DNA of 63,883 nucleotides, the filler included, from Octopus bimaculoides (lineage: Eukaryota), in assembly GCF_001194135.2 (NCBI RefSeq). It is 6 parts of 6 records of this genome, joined end to end, with 100 filler letters (N's around TTAATTAATTAA, not from the genome) between each part and the next. Parts side by side here need not be neighbours in the genome. Positions count along the whole stretch, not along the records: positions 1 to 16,620 come from NC_068986.1; 5 more parts are not named here. The stretch is one strand, 5' to 3'. A program made the position numbers and the translations under genes. The number at the start of each line of letters is the position of its first letter. Positions within the stretch are counted from its first letter, which is position 1. A model generated the notes under the pieces. That model was given only the letters and a program-made list of their open reading frames with translations, was not told the DNA's origin and searched no databases. Positions 1 to 12,163 of the stretch are shown here, piece after piece.

Positions 1-46
<46 letters not shown>
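1..46. repeat. (GT)n microsatellite
   Basis: Pure GT dinucleotide run at window start. Confidence 0.99.
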
Positions 47-50
<4 letters not shown>

Positions 51-632
51 GCTCTAGTAATCTGAAGAATAAACGTTAACTACTCGGTTATTAGAGCAAA
101 TAAAAGTTATTCTCTTATAAATTACTTTAAGGAAGATATGTAAGAAAGAATTCATTGTTCTAAGTATTGCTATCGTTGTGGTTGTTGTTGTTTAACACTA
201 CCTAATCCCCTATTCAAACTGTGCCTCTGACATTGTCATAGTAAGACGTGTCACTTTTTAAAATTATATTTTAATGATCGAATGAGATTCTCATTTTTTA
301 GTTATGGCTGTTATTTCTAGCAAGTTAGCTGAGCACAGAGAGAGTGAGCGTCCACTTTTGACTTGGCTCGCTCTAAACACTGTCATGTGGAGCCATAGTT
401 ACAACAAACCACAATCACAGTGTGTGTCCGTGTGTGTGTGTGTACCTGCGCGCGCGTGTAAACAAATAGAAATATAAACACGCGCACACACATGTGTATA
501 AAGGGTGTGATTTGTATGTGCACTTTTAGGTTGATTTTCTTCCTTTTCGTATATATTTGTGTGTGTGTGTATGTGTGTGTGTGTACACGTACATGAATAC
601 ATACATACACATATGTATACATGTATATATGC

Positions 633-688
633 ATAGATAGATAGATAGAGAGACAGAGAGAGAGTGAGAGAGAGAGAGACAGATAGAC

Positions 689-755
<67 letters not shown>

Positions 756-781
756 GACAGATATATAGATAGGTAGATATT
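633..781. repeat. Compound (GATA)n/(GA)n microsatellite
   Basis: Direct reading; explains the LSIY-rich ORF 383..802. Confidence 0.97.
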
Positions 782-3700
782 TACATATTGTTTAAAATGC
801 AACAGAAATGAAATTTAAGGAGAAAGAGAAAAAAGAAACGTGCAGACCTTTAAGATATAAAACCTTAAAACGACCTAGTGTTTGAATCATAAAGAGAGGC
901 TACAAAATACGGGAGTTACCTCCACTTAGGGACATCCACACTTACAAAAATAAAAGGGAATGTATATAACCCTGGATCGATGCCGGGAAGATTCTAAATG
1001 ATATCCGGCACATGTTTAAGTGGTTAATGAATAAATACATCACTGTCTCTAGCGAACATCGAATTCCTAGTATTTGTATTTTAAGAGAAATGGGAAATTG
1101 GTGTATATGTCGTTCCATACATGATAACCAGCTTTATCTGCTATTTGAAATCGGAATCGCAGTCTCACCATGTTTGTTTTTCTCTTTAAGCACTCTAAAT
1201 ATTTTGTATATATATATAACAGTTATTATAAAAGAGTTACTATATTATCTGCGTATCTTTAGTTTTCATTGCGCTACTTTTACAAGCAGAATGTAGCTAA
1301 CCAAACAGAAAGATATTACTGAAAAGAAATACTTTGAAGAGATTGTCACGACTGGAACGCTTTTGATCCTCGATCTCCACATCGTCGGAATTGATCAGGG
1401 CGTGGGGTTAAGCAGAAACAAGACGAAACCTTTTTCATCTGTAAAATCCCAAACGTTGTTTGGGTTTTTATGAATGCAAATCTTCCTCTCATAATAATAC
1501 TAGTGTTTTGATCGGTCTCCACACAATACGAGATAGTAGCAGTAGCAAAACTTTTTGATGCTAATAAACAGTAAAAAAAGACAAATTATTGAACGAGTGA
1601 ACGACTGACGAGTTGATGGTATGTGACAGAAGAGAAAGAACATGTGTATGTGTGGAAATAAGAGTAAGAAAGTAAGTGCGTGTATATGTGGTGGGTGTAT
1701 GACAGACCAAGTGTGTATGCTTGTGAATGAGTTAAAATAATATGTTTGTTGGTGTGTATGTATGTATTTATGCGTGTGTGTGTGTGTATCTATGTAGGCA
1801 TACATAGATATGCATACATATGCATGCATATATGTATGTGTGGATATATATATATATATACGGATATGTATATATACATGCATATATATATATATATATA
1901 CACATATATGTATGTATATATATATACATATATATATACACATATATATGTATATATATACATAAATATATATATATATATATATATNNNNNNNNNNNNN
2001 NNNNNNNNNNNNNNNNNNNNNNNNNNNNNNNNNNNNNNNNNNNNNNNNNNNNNNNNNNNNNNNNNNNNNNNNNNNNNNNNNNNNNNNNNNNNNNNNNNNN
2101 NNNNNNNNNNNNNNNNNNNNNNNNNNNNNNNNNNNNNNNNNNNNNNNNNNNNNNNNNNNNNNNNNNNNNNNNNNNNNNTATATATATATATACATATACA
2201 TATTTGTGTATGTATGTATGTATGTATGTATGTATCTATTAAGCGTGTGCTGGAGTGAGATGAAATACGTGTGCGAATGAAACAACTTGTGTGTGCGTGT
2301 GTATGTATGTGTTTGATTAAAAGTGTATGAATGAGAATTTGTGAAAGCGTGTATGCGTATATGAGTGAAAGCGCGTGCGCATTTGAAGCTGTTGCTTTTA
2401 ACCACAGGTCAACCGTTAATGAGTATTCCATTGAATAAAACTCCCGACCGTGAACATGGCGTTAGATATTGGGCACCTAAGATTTTTTTGTTTATCATCG
2501 TATGTTTCTAAAGTTACGATATTTTCATTTTTATAAGCGTTTGCTTTAAAGGATTTCAAAGGAAATTTTATACACACTCACACGAACACATATACACACA
2601 CAGATATATATATAGATATACAACAAACACACAGACATATATATATGCACTCACACACACACACACATGTGTGTATGTATGTGTGTATATTTATGTGTAT
2701 GCATACATGTATGTATGTATGTATGTAACCGTAAATACAAACAGATGTATATTCTTTACATGAATAAAAATGTAATAAGAAATATACTTTCTAAATGTAT
2801 ATATGAATATCTTTATAAGTTTGCGCTTCGAGAATCCTACAGATTGTATAATATAAACATTATAAGGCGTTGCTTGTATACACAAACGTACATGCATACG
2901 CACAGACACACGGGTACGCATATGTATATATACAAGAGCACACACCCATATACAAACATGCAGATATGCATACACATTCACAGAAGCGATAAATATAATT
3001 CTTTTCAAAAATGTAATAAATATTAGTTCCTTACTTTAAGCAAAAAAACAAAATATGATCGCCTGTCAGTGTCATTCCATGGTAGCTTGATCGCTAGGAA
3101 ATAAGGCAGGTAATGTTTGCAGACAGAGTGCGGCGTGCTTGTTGTATATATACTGACTGGTAAACAGCCACTAAAAACAACCAGCCTCTCAAGCAACAAT
3201 CTCTCACACCAACATGCGCTCTAACTGCGTGCTTCAGGTCGGTCCGACTTCCGTCAGCTGACTTGTTTACACGCTACCAGCTCTGACGGACAGCCACAGT
3301 GTTTGTAACGAAGGGAATGGTTCCATTCTTTGCTTAGCAACAAAACTAGCTCATATCCTCATACTTTCACGCATAAATGCGTATGCACACAAACAGTAAC
3401 GCCAAGCAGGCGTGTCTCTAAAGAAGTGTTCACTTTCCAAGTACATTAACTATGTGGTTTCGGTTTCGGTCTCATTGCGCATCAAATTGTATATCACCTG
3501 GTGTAAACCTTGTGTCGTTTACAAAAACTTTGTGTGAGAAACTTTGGAAGTTAAAGTTATATCCCAACCTGTATGAGGGAACCGCTGCTAATCTTCGGTA
3601 CTACCGTTAATCAGTCACTCGGTTTAAAGCCTTATATGGCCCTTTAAGTTGGGTACACTTTATTACAAGCAATTGAACCATGTCTCAAAAAAAGGATCGG

Positions 3701-3845
3701 AAGCGTTGTCCTTTACACTCTGATGTAGCCATGTAAAAAAAGAAAATTGAAAAAAAATAAAGCATATCTTTGTATTGGTGTACGTTGTGATTTCGAGTGA
3801 TGGGATCCGAAATAGTACACATGTACATCTTTGAATGTGAAGGTT

Positions 3846-4164
3846 CATGGCTCAGTGGTTAGAGCGTCGGGCTCACAAACATGAGGTAGTGAGCTCGATT
3901 CCTGGACCGGGTTGTGTGTTGTGTTCTTGAGCAATACACTTTATTTCACCTTACACCAGTTCACTCAGCTGTAGAAATGAGTTGCGACGTCACTGGTGCC
4001 AAACTCTATCGGCCTTTACCTTTCCCTTGGATAATATTGGTTGTGTGGAGAGGGGAGGCTGCTATGCATGGGTGACTGCTGGTCTATAAATACTATTGCC
4101 CAGACTTATGCCGCGGTGGTTAATTTTCTCTTGCAACCCCATTGTCATTTGTGACCGAAGGAGT
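3846..4164 (+). mobile_element. tRNA-derived SINE, type C (central gtgttgtgttcttgagcaa domain)
   Basis: tRNA-like head tggctcagtggttagagcg (A box) ... gctcgattcc (B-box-like), then gtgttgtgttcttgagcaatacacttta. Related copies at 48895-49087 (+), 48286-48325 (head only) and ~20720-20830 (-). Confidence 0.85.
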
Positions 4165-4201
4165 TCAGTACCCTTTACATTTTTTTAATATCTCACACTT
4201 T

Positions 4202-4303
4202 AAGGTCGCGAGCTGCTGGAAGAATTGCTGTCACACCCTGCAAAATGCTAGGCAGCTTTTCTTTCGCCTTAACGTTCTGAGTTCAAATACCACCGAGGTC
4301 GAC
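4202..4303 (+). mobile_element. SINE type A, 3'-truncated
   Basis: Contains acgttctgagttcaaataccaccgaggtcgac, the diagnostic core shared by many copies in this window. Confidence 0.8.
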
Positions 4304-5304
4304 ATTGTTGCATCTGTGATTTTCAGTGAGTACAATTTCTCCTTTAGCATACCCCAGAAAAAGAAGTCAAGGGGGCTAACGTCTAGTGAACATGATCATG
4401 TCTTCCAAATCACTTAAGGAAATAGTCATTTAGCCAATCTCATACCATCCTGTTCGAAGTACTCAGAAAGTCCTTCACCTAGCCTCTCAACTTGGGGCAT
4501 TAACTGCACTCTCAACATGGTGAGGTGAATCTCACCAGTTACATATTCATCAAATAAAAATAGCCCCGAACTTACGAGATTTCCACAAACCACACCATAT
4601 CATAATTTTTGCGCTCTTGCTGTTTGGAATGGTCCGCTAAAAGCAGATTACATTACGACCAGTGTCGAACATTCTACCTCTTAACTCACGTAAAACAAAG
4701 CTTCATCGCTGAACACAAAGTATTCGGTAAAGATTTATTGGAAAAATATTCACACATCTCGAGTCGTCTTTCTGAGTCATATTCTGTTAAATGATGCAAG
4801 ATTTGTAAGTTGTAAGAAGGAAACTTTTGCTCTTTTAAGAAACGGCTAAGGGTTCTTTTGAGGAACACCCTGCTCCATGGATGCCATGCGAAGTGACTTT
4901 TGGGGGCAGGTATAAAATTTTAGCCATAGCTGTTTCTTTCGTTTCATCCGATACATTTGCTCGTCCAGAACGGGTTTTGTCCATGACACTGCCCGTATCT
5001 TTAAACTTTTTGACCGCTTTCGCCACCGTGATAAAAACCAGCTGGAGTCGTCTTGGGATGATAGGCATTAAAAACATGTGCTACCTTTGGATATGTCCAT
5101 CTATCACATCCACTAAGAAGTACCAGTTCAACTTCTTTTTCTTTCTCTTTTTCTTTCTCATATCTAACATATGGAGGGGAAAATATAGTAGGTAAAGAAT
5201 ATATAGGTAAAATATAATATAAGATATACATATATAAAATATATAGGTAAAAACGTATAGTTAATGAGATTTTCTATGTATCCAGACTTTAGGGACACCC
5301 TATA
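4304..5304 (-). mobile_element. Degenerate Tc1/mariner-superfamily (Tc3/maT-like) DNA transposon
   Basis: Manual minus-strand translation gives VKKFKDTGSVMDKTRSGR (N-terminal DNA-binding region), FSDEALF (~4700-4713), FEQDG (~4444-4458) and SPLDFFFWGMLKEKLY (~4330-4376). One terminus reads TA-TAGGGTGTCCCTAAAGTCTGGATAC (~5278-5304). Multiple frameshifts and stops; the other TIR was not found. Confidence 0.88.
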
Positions 5305-6054
5305 GATTACCATTATATACGTTTAATAGTAAAGCCATTTATGAGCGCTACACACCGAAAACACAGTGTGTGTGAAGGAACTCTCCTCTAATGAATTTTT
5401 CAAGTGGTGGGGGATAATGACGGAAATGAGGAGGTGAATGAGACTTAGGTAAGCTCATGCTAGTTTAGTCTCATTCTGTCTGCCCAGAAAATTCAGAAAA
5501 CAAAAAGTGGCTCAACTATTTATAGAAGTTGTCTGTCTTGGGTGGCACCAGGCATAACTCGTGTGTCGGCAAATAAATTTATACCTTCTTCATTACTGAG
5601 AGCGAGTTATGTGACACCCCCCCTTTCCTATTCCAGCGTAGACAGGAGAGTTAGCCGCCGTAACAACTACAACTATCAATAAATGACAAGGAAGTGTCCA
5701 GTCATAGCAGAAAAATCTTATCTACTTACGAAGCACAGGGCCTTAAATTCGTGGGGAGGGGACTCCTCGATTACATCTTCATTTTTTGAGTTGCAAAACA
5801 GTTAAAATGTTTACATGATGTTTAACATAAAAGTGAAAAAATGGATAAATGTAACCACCCGACATCGGGGGTCGAGTGGACATTGCGCCTCATTTTCTTC
5901 ATTCTTGCATATTATCATTTTATTTTTCTTCTGCTATTATTATTCGCTTTTGTAATTTTTAGTTCTCCGATTGTATGTTTGTTGCGTTTCGTACCGTCTT
6001 TATGTTTTGTGATGTCTTAAAAATTCTTTGTATAGCCCTTTATGGGTAATAAAG

Positions 6055-6420
6055 AAATAGGTATTTCGTCTACTGTTACGTTCTAAGTTCAAATTCATCG
6101 AGGTCGACTTTGCCTTTCATCATCTCGAAGTCGATAAATTAAATACCAGTTGCTTACTAGAGTCAATCTAATCGATTGGCCCCTTGTTCCAAAATGGCTG
6201 CCCTTGTAGCAAAATTATTATTACTATCATCATCATTGTTAGTAAGGCAGAGAGCTATTAACACTATGAGAACGTTAGAAAAATCGCTAAACGTTAAATG
6301 TTTCGGCTCTTAAACTTCTATGTTCGAATCCCGACGTGGTCAACTTCACTTTTCATCATTTCGGAATTGATAAAATGAAGTGCTGAACAAGTACTGGTAT
6401 CTATAGAAACGGCACAGTAC
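6055..6420 (+). mobile_element. Two adjacent SINE type A copies (6055-6225, 6243-6420)
   Basis: acgttctaagttcaaattcatcgaggtcgactttgcctttcatc..gtcgataaattaaataccag, followed by a more diverged second copy. Confidence 0.8.
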
Positions 6421-6674
6421 CATCCCGAACACTGTTGGCTATGAGCAAAAAATTGAGACAATTATTAGTATTTTAAGTGATTTTACTCAGTGGACCGTAC
6501 CAGTGCTTTCAAAAGTTTCTATCGATCAGTCAATCATATCAACTCCAGGACATTATTTTTTTTAGTCTGAAACTTACTTATCGATCTGTATTTATTGAAT
6601 AGCTACAAACTTTTAAATAAACAGCCGCAACTTGACTGGTATACACAAATACATGTACGTATACACACGCGCGC

Positions 6675-6782
<108 letters not shown>

Positions 6783-7121
6783 ATCAGTGTAAAGTTTCAG
6801 TTTTTCATTTCCTTTTAGTGCTTCTTGCATTTAGACCTCAGTTTCACTTAGTTTATGTCTTCCATCAATAATCATCTATTTTGGGGATAAATTCTATGTA
6901 GTATAGACGTATAGTTTGCTTTTGTTTTCCTGTCTATTTTGGTTTTAAGTTCCTTGTCGTGCCGCATAACAATTGTTTTTTTTTTTTAAGTACAAATTGA
7001 TGGAGGAGAGCTCGAAGTCAAATTAGGTAAACATGTTTCCGTCTATATTATAACTAACGAGAGACTAGTTACAAGATCAGCAGTGCCCTTCCACATCAAT
7101 AAACCGATGTATTTCTTAGTT

Positions 7122-7157
<36 letters not shown>

Positions 7158-7467
7158 NNNNNNNNNNNNNNNNNNNNNNNNNNNNNNNNNNNNNNNNNNN
7201 NNNNNNNNNNNNNNNNNNNNNNNNNNNNNNNNNNNNNNNNNNNNNNNNNNNNNNNNNNNNNNNNNNNNNNNNNNNNNNNNNNNNNNNNNNNNNNNNNNNN
7301 NNNNNNNNNNNNNNNNNNNNNNNNNNNNNNNNNNNNNNNNNNNNNNNNNNNNNNNNNNNNNNNNNNNNNNNNNNNNNNNNNNNNNNNNNNNNNNNNNNNN
7401 NNNNNCTGCTTCTTTCTCTCTCTCTCTCTCTGCTTCTTTCTCTCTCTCTCTCTCTGTATATGTATAG

Positions 7468-8159
7468 AGAATGGTCCCCAGCTATGCGAACCTATTCATT
7501 GGTTACATTAAGGTTTAAATAGTCTCACGGTTCACTGGTCCCACTCCCGAACCGTGCGGTCGTTATATTGATGACTGTACCGGTGCGAACTCGCTCACCC
7601 GGGAACAACTAGACTCGTTCCTCTCTTTTGTCCAATCCTTCCATCCTTCGCTCGAATTCTCCTGCACCATTTCCAACACTTCCGTCGTATTTCTCGACAT
7701 TTCGGTTAACATACACACCTCCACTCTCACTATCTCCATCCACTACAAACACAGAGACTCACACTCATATCTTAACTTCTTCTACTCCCACCCTACCCAC
7801 ACCAAGTGCTCCATCCCCTTCTCCCAATTCCACTGTCTGCGCAGGCTCTGCTGTGACAACCATGACTTTGAGACAAAGGCTCAACTCATGGCTCGCCACT
7901 TTATCCTTCGTGGATATCTCCTCACCACTCTCAACACAGCCCTTGCAGGTCATGATCCGTGGACCATGCCTCTGTTCTCTCTCCCCGCACCTGCTCCGCC
8001 GTTGCCCGTCAACCGTTCCCCCTCTTCTTCAACCCCTCCACCCCACCTCTCCAATGCACCATTCTCCGAGCCTTCCGGTGACTCCAGTCCGACCCCTCCA
8101 CCTCAAACCTCTTCCCTAAACTACCCCTTCCCTCCTTTAAAGGAACTCCCAACCTGCCC
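7468..8159 (+). mobile_element. Penelope-like element, reverse transcriptase fragment (pseudogenised, truncated by gap)
   Basis: Reading frame starting at 7471: MVPSYANLFIGYIKV*...RYIDDCTG (catalytic YxDD at 7564-7575)...VFLDISVN...HYKHRDSHSYLNFFYSHPTHTKCSIPFSQFHCLRRLC...MARHFILRGY. After a frameshift: FPLFFNP..ILRAFR*LQSDPSTSNLFP. These are hallmark Penelope RT and linker motifs. Confidence 0.92.
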
Positions 8160-8497
8160 NNNNNNNNNNNNNNNNNNNNNNNNNNNNNNNNNNNNNNNNN
8201 NNNNNNNNNNNNNNNNNNNNNNNNNNNNNNNNNNNNNNNNNNNNNNNNNNNNNNNNNNNNNNNNNNNNNNNNNNNNNNNNNNNNNNNNNNNNNNNNNNNN
8301 NNNNNNNNNNNNNNNNNNNNNNNNNNNNNNNNNNNNNNNNNNNNNNNNNNNNNNNNNNNNNNNNNNNNNNNNNNNNNNNNNNNNNNNNNNNNNNNNNNNN
8401 NNNNNNNNNNNNNNNNNNNNNNNNNNNNNNNNNNNNNNNNNNNNNNNNNNNNNNNNNNNNNNNNNNNNNNNNNNNNNNNNNNNNNNNNNNNNNNNNN

Positions 8498-8530
<33 letters not shown>

Positions 8531-8533
<3 letters not shown>

Positions 8534-8755
8534 CGTGTGTGCGTCTGCGCTTATACCCCTATCATCGCTTGACAACCGATGTTGGTGTGTTTATGTTCTC
8601 GTAACTTGGCGGTTCGGCTAAAGAAGCGATAGAATAACGGCAAGGCTTACAATGAATAAGTCCTGGGATCAATTTCTTCGGCCAAAACCCTTTAAGACGG
8701 TGCTCCAGCATGGCTGTAGCCAAATTACTGAAACAAGTAAAAGAATAGAAGAAAA
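8531..8755 (+). mobile_element. SINE type B, 3' half
   Basis: catcgcttgacaaccgatgttggtg...gtgctccagcatggc...actgaaacaagtaaaagaata; homologous to the 3' half of the 40856 copy and preceded by (TA)n. Confidence 0.8.
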
Positions 8756-10021
8756 TAAAAAGGGAAAAAAACCATCAAGTTAGACCGATACAGTTTGACA
8801 CTAGTGTTGTCGCAGCCGTCGCTCCTAAAATACTAAAAGCTGGAACAGACACCGCAAAGCATCTTAGCCAATTCTCTAGCGGAACCATACACCGTCCAGG
8901 ATAGAAACATTTTTCTTCGACACCAGAGAATGAAAGGCAAAGTTGAATTCAGGAGGATTTTGCCTCCGAAATCAGAGAATCGCAACATCTACCACATAGT
9001 ATACGACATTGTGCTTTATTTGATCTTTCAATTCGCCGTCTTAATATGTTATATCCCAAGAGAAGGACGATAGGTCATGGATGGTGTGAGTTTGATTGTA
9101 GGCTGGCTTCATTATGGATGACATTAAAAGAAACGCCTACATAATTAATGTGGAAAACATGTTACACCCGTCTTTACTCTCTCAATCTCCTTGTTTATGT
9201 CTCTCTTTCTCTTTCCCTCCCCTCTATTCTCTCTCTCTCTCTCTCTGTCCTCTTTCTAGTACATGTAATTAATTACCCTGTAAATTAGTGGTTCTAAGCC
9301 ATATCTATGGAGATCTTTGATTACTATTTTATTGTGGTGGAACCCCATAGCAATTTAATGTTTAATACTTCTTTCAAAATCCCTATTTTGTCTTTGAAAC
9401 ATTAACTTCAGTAGGGTGATCTATGTAAAATATTAGAGAAAGAAACCTAAGTGTTTCTTGCAATTCATACATTTAAAAAAAGTATTGTAGATGACTAATA
9501 TGCGTCCACGCTAGATGCACTAAACTGTAGAAAACGGTATTTTGTGCCAAACGACATTCATCTCCAGCACGAGAGTTCTCTAATTCTCTATACACGACTT
9601 CTCTTTCTTGACCAAAATATAGTTACTTGAATTCTTCCCTTTTATATATCAAAGTCAGCATGTCTACGATGAGTATGATCGAACCTATAAATCTGAGTAA
9701 ATCTAATGTCTGGCATATCACCATTCGTTTATAGTCACCGATGATTCTTATATCACTATTATACCTGGATTAAATATAACTATAATATCGGTCCAGTGCT
9801 AAGCTTCAAAGAATATCATTTTATCAGGAGATGATGTAGGCGTAAATCCGTGAATAAATGTTTAATCAGATCATACGTCATTGGTTCCATCATCATAAAC
9901 GTTTCTAAAGCTAAAGCATTTAATGCAATATGTAAATGTTTTCTCCTTTCATGTTAAGGTCATATTTCCGATTTATAAACTAACACAGAAATTGATACTT
10001 TAGAGAATTATAAACAAACAC

Positions 10022-10570
10022 TAGGGTCGGCTGACAAGTCCAAAGCCCGACCAGATATTCTCATGGAATGTGACTAAATAAGGTGTATTTTTCAACATTG
10101 TCCCCCTACTGACCACACACTTCTTCCATTGCTGTTGCAGTCCTTGGATTTCATTGGTGAAGAGGCTTTAAACCTGTTGGTCAAAAAAGTCATCATCAAT
10201 AGATATGATGCTATCATCTTCGCGATTCTGCTTTTCAGCCAAGGCCAAGTGCGTTTTCATGCTGGGGAAAAGATGATAGTCAGATGGGACGAAATCAGAA
10301 AAGGGAGGTAATCAACCCGTTAAAAGCCACAGTAATACACAACAGCCATTGAAACGAAGGACTTGTGTGCTGATGAAACAAGATTCCACTCGTCAATTTT
10401 CCTGGGCTTTGCTCACGATAGCCTTTCGTAACTGCCTCGGTAAGTTGGTATGGTACTTTCTATGGACGATGAGTTTCTTTTGAAGATAGTCAATAAACAC
10501 AATGCCTTTTACATCCGCAGATACTTAGACCATTACCGTCCCTGCAGATGAAAACACCTTGGCCTATATC
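10022..10570 (-). mobile_element. mariner transposase C-terminal fragment with one TIR
   Basis: Minus-strand pieces AKVFSSAGTVM..DVKGIVFIDYLQK..RQLRKAI and DFVPSDYHLFPSMKTHLA match the mariner YSPDLAPSDYHLF region. TIR-like tagggtcggctgacaagtccaaagcccgacc at 10022-10052. Confidence 0.85.
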
Positions 10571-12102
10571 GAAATACCTCTGAATAAATAATATACTTCA
10601 TACAGTAAAACGTAAACAACACTGCTACAATTAATTGTAATATAAATAAACGTTCTAAGACCACGATTCCACTGTAATACCAGTAGAGGTGATTATAAGA
10701 CCAAAATTCAATTCGATTTAAAAAGCAACGCTATCACCTTCTACTGAATACCAAAGTAGGAAGCTTGTTTGAATTAGTCCATTTTGAAAACATCGTAAGT
10801 GAGGGACCCTTGATGAAATTGCAGTGACCAAAATGCATAATTGCCTACAGGCCAAAGTGCAGTTGCTGCAGGAGAAAAATATGTTGTTTATTATATATAT
10901 AGAAAACTTTTTAATAAAAAAAAGTTTTGGATGTGAATAAATTTCCACTGTCCCCTTGGTTTTCAATTATGTGTGTGTGTGTATTCAAATACCTTGTTCA
11001 ATGTATGCTTCCATTTCTTATGTATTTCATATATTTAGTTTTTTTTTATTATTTATTCTGTTTTGTGATAGATACTTGAGCACTAAGTGAATAGTATATA
11101 ATAGCTCGATCTTCTTTAGTTTGATCTTCGTGATACTAGCAACACGGCATGGACTCCGTATACTTCATCAGTAAATATAGCTGTATGCTTAATTTTTTTT
11201 TCTTTCAATGAATCTATCGTAGTTATTGGAAAAGTCAAGCATCAAGTTCTTACGAGTTAGAAAAAGCAGAGAATGGCTGTAGAATAAGGGAAACAAAGCA
11301 GCGGAAATGGATGATGGAATAGTAGAGAAAGGGCAGATATTCAGAGATAGATATTTTTAAATCCGGAAAGAGACGATGATTTAAAATTGTCAAGAAGTAA
11401 AACAAAGATTATGAACTATTTTCATTTTCCTAAACCCACTTAGAATGAATTAAGCAGGCCTGTCAAACTGGATTTAACAAATCCTTCTTACAAAATGTTT
11501 TCTGCGAATGTCGCTCAACTTAAATTATCTGATTTTGTGCTTTAATGCAATGACAAACTTTACCTGCACTGATTTATATAAAGTTTACTCGAATATTTTA
11601 TCTACCTTTAAATCAGTATCACAAGCATTGACATATTTTTGTGTCATGGACATGTCTGGGTATGAAAATATTAATTTACTGCAAGAAATCAGGTGTATAT
11701 TTTTTACAATTTTCACATTTTCATGTTTGTCAAAATGGCTAGGTGTTCAATATGTATATGTAAGTATGTGTATCTGATATATATTTATATTATTCTCTCT
11801 TTCTTTCTGTGTGTGTGTGTGTGATTATACACACACACACACATGTACACACACATGTACACACACGCACACACATGCACACTCACACACACACACACAC
11901 ATATATATTTACACGTATAATATATATGCACACACACAAACACATACACACACAAGGAGGCGCACAGGTCAAGGGAAGGTGTTGAAATGTTCCTAAAACT
12001 TTCCTCCGTGTAAGTATATATATATATATATATATTTGTGTGTGTGTGTGTGTATGTGTGTGTGTGTGTACATGTGTGTGTATACATATGTATGTATATG
12101 TT

Positions 12103-12163
<61 letters not shown>

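Noticed and set aside
3846-3910. tRNA-like sequences at SINE heads
   Set aside because: A and B boxes are present, but there is no complete cloverleaf and each continues into a SINE body; not tRNA genes.
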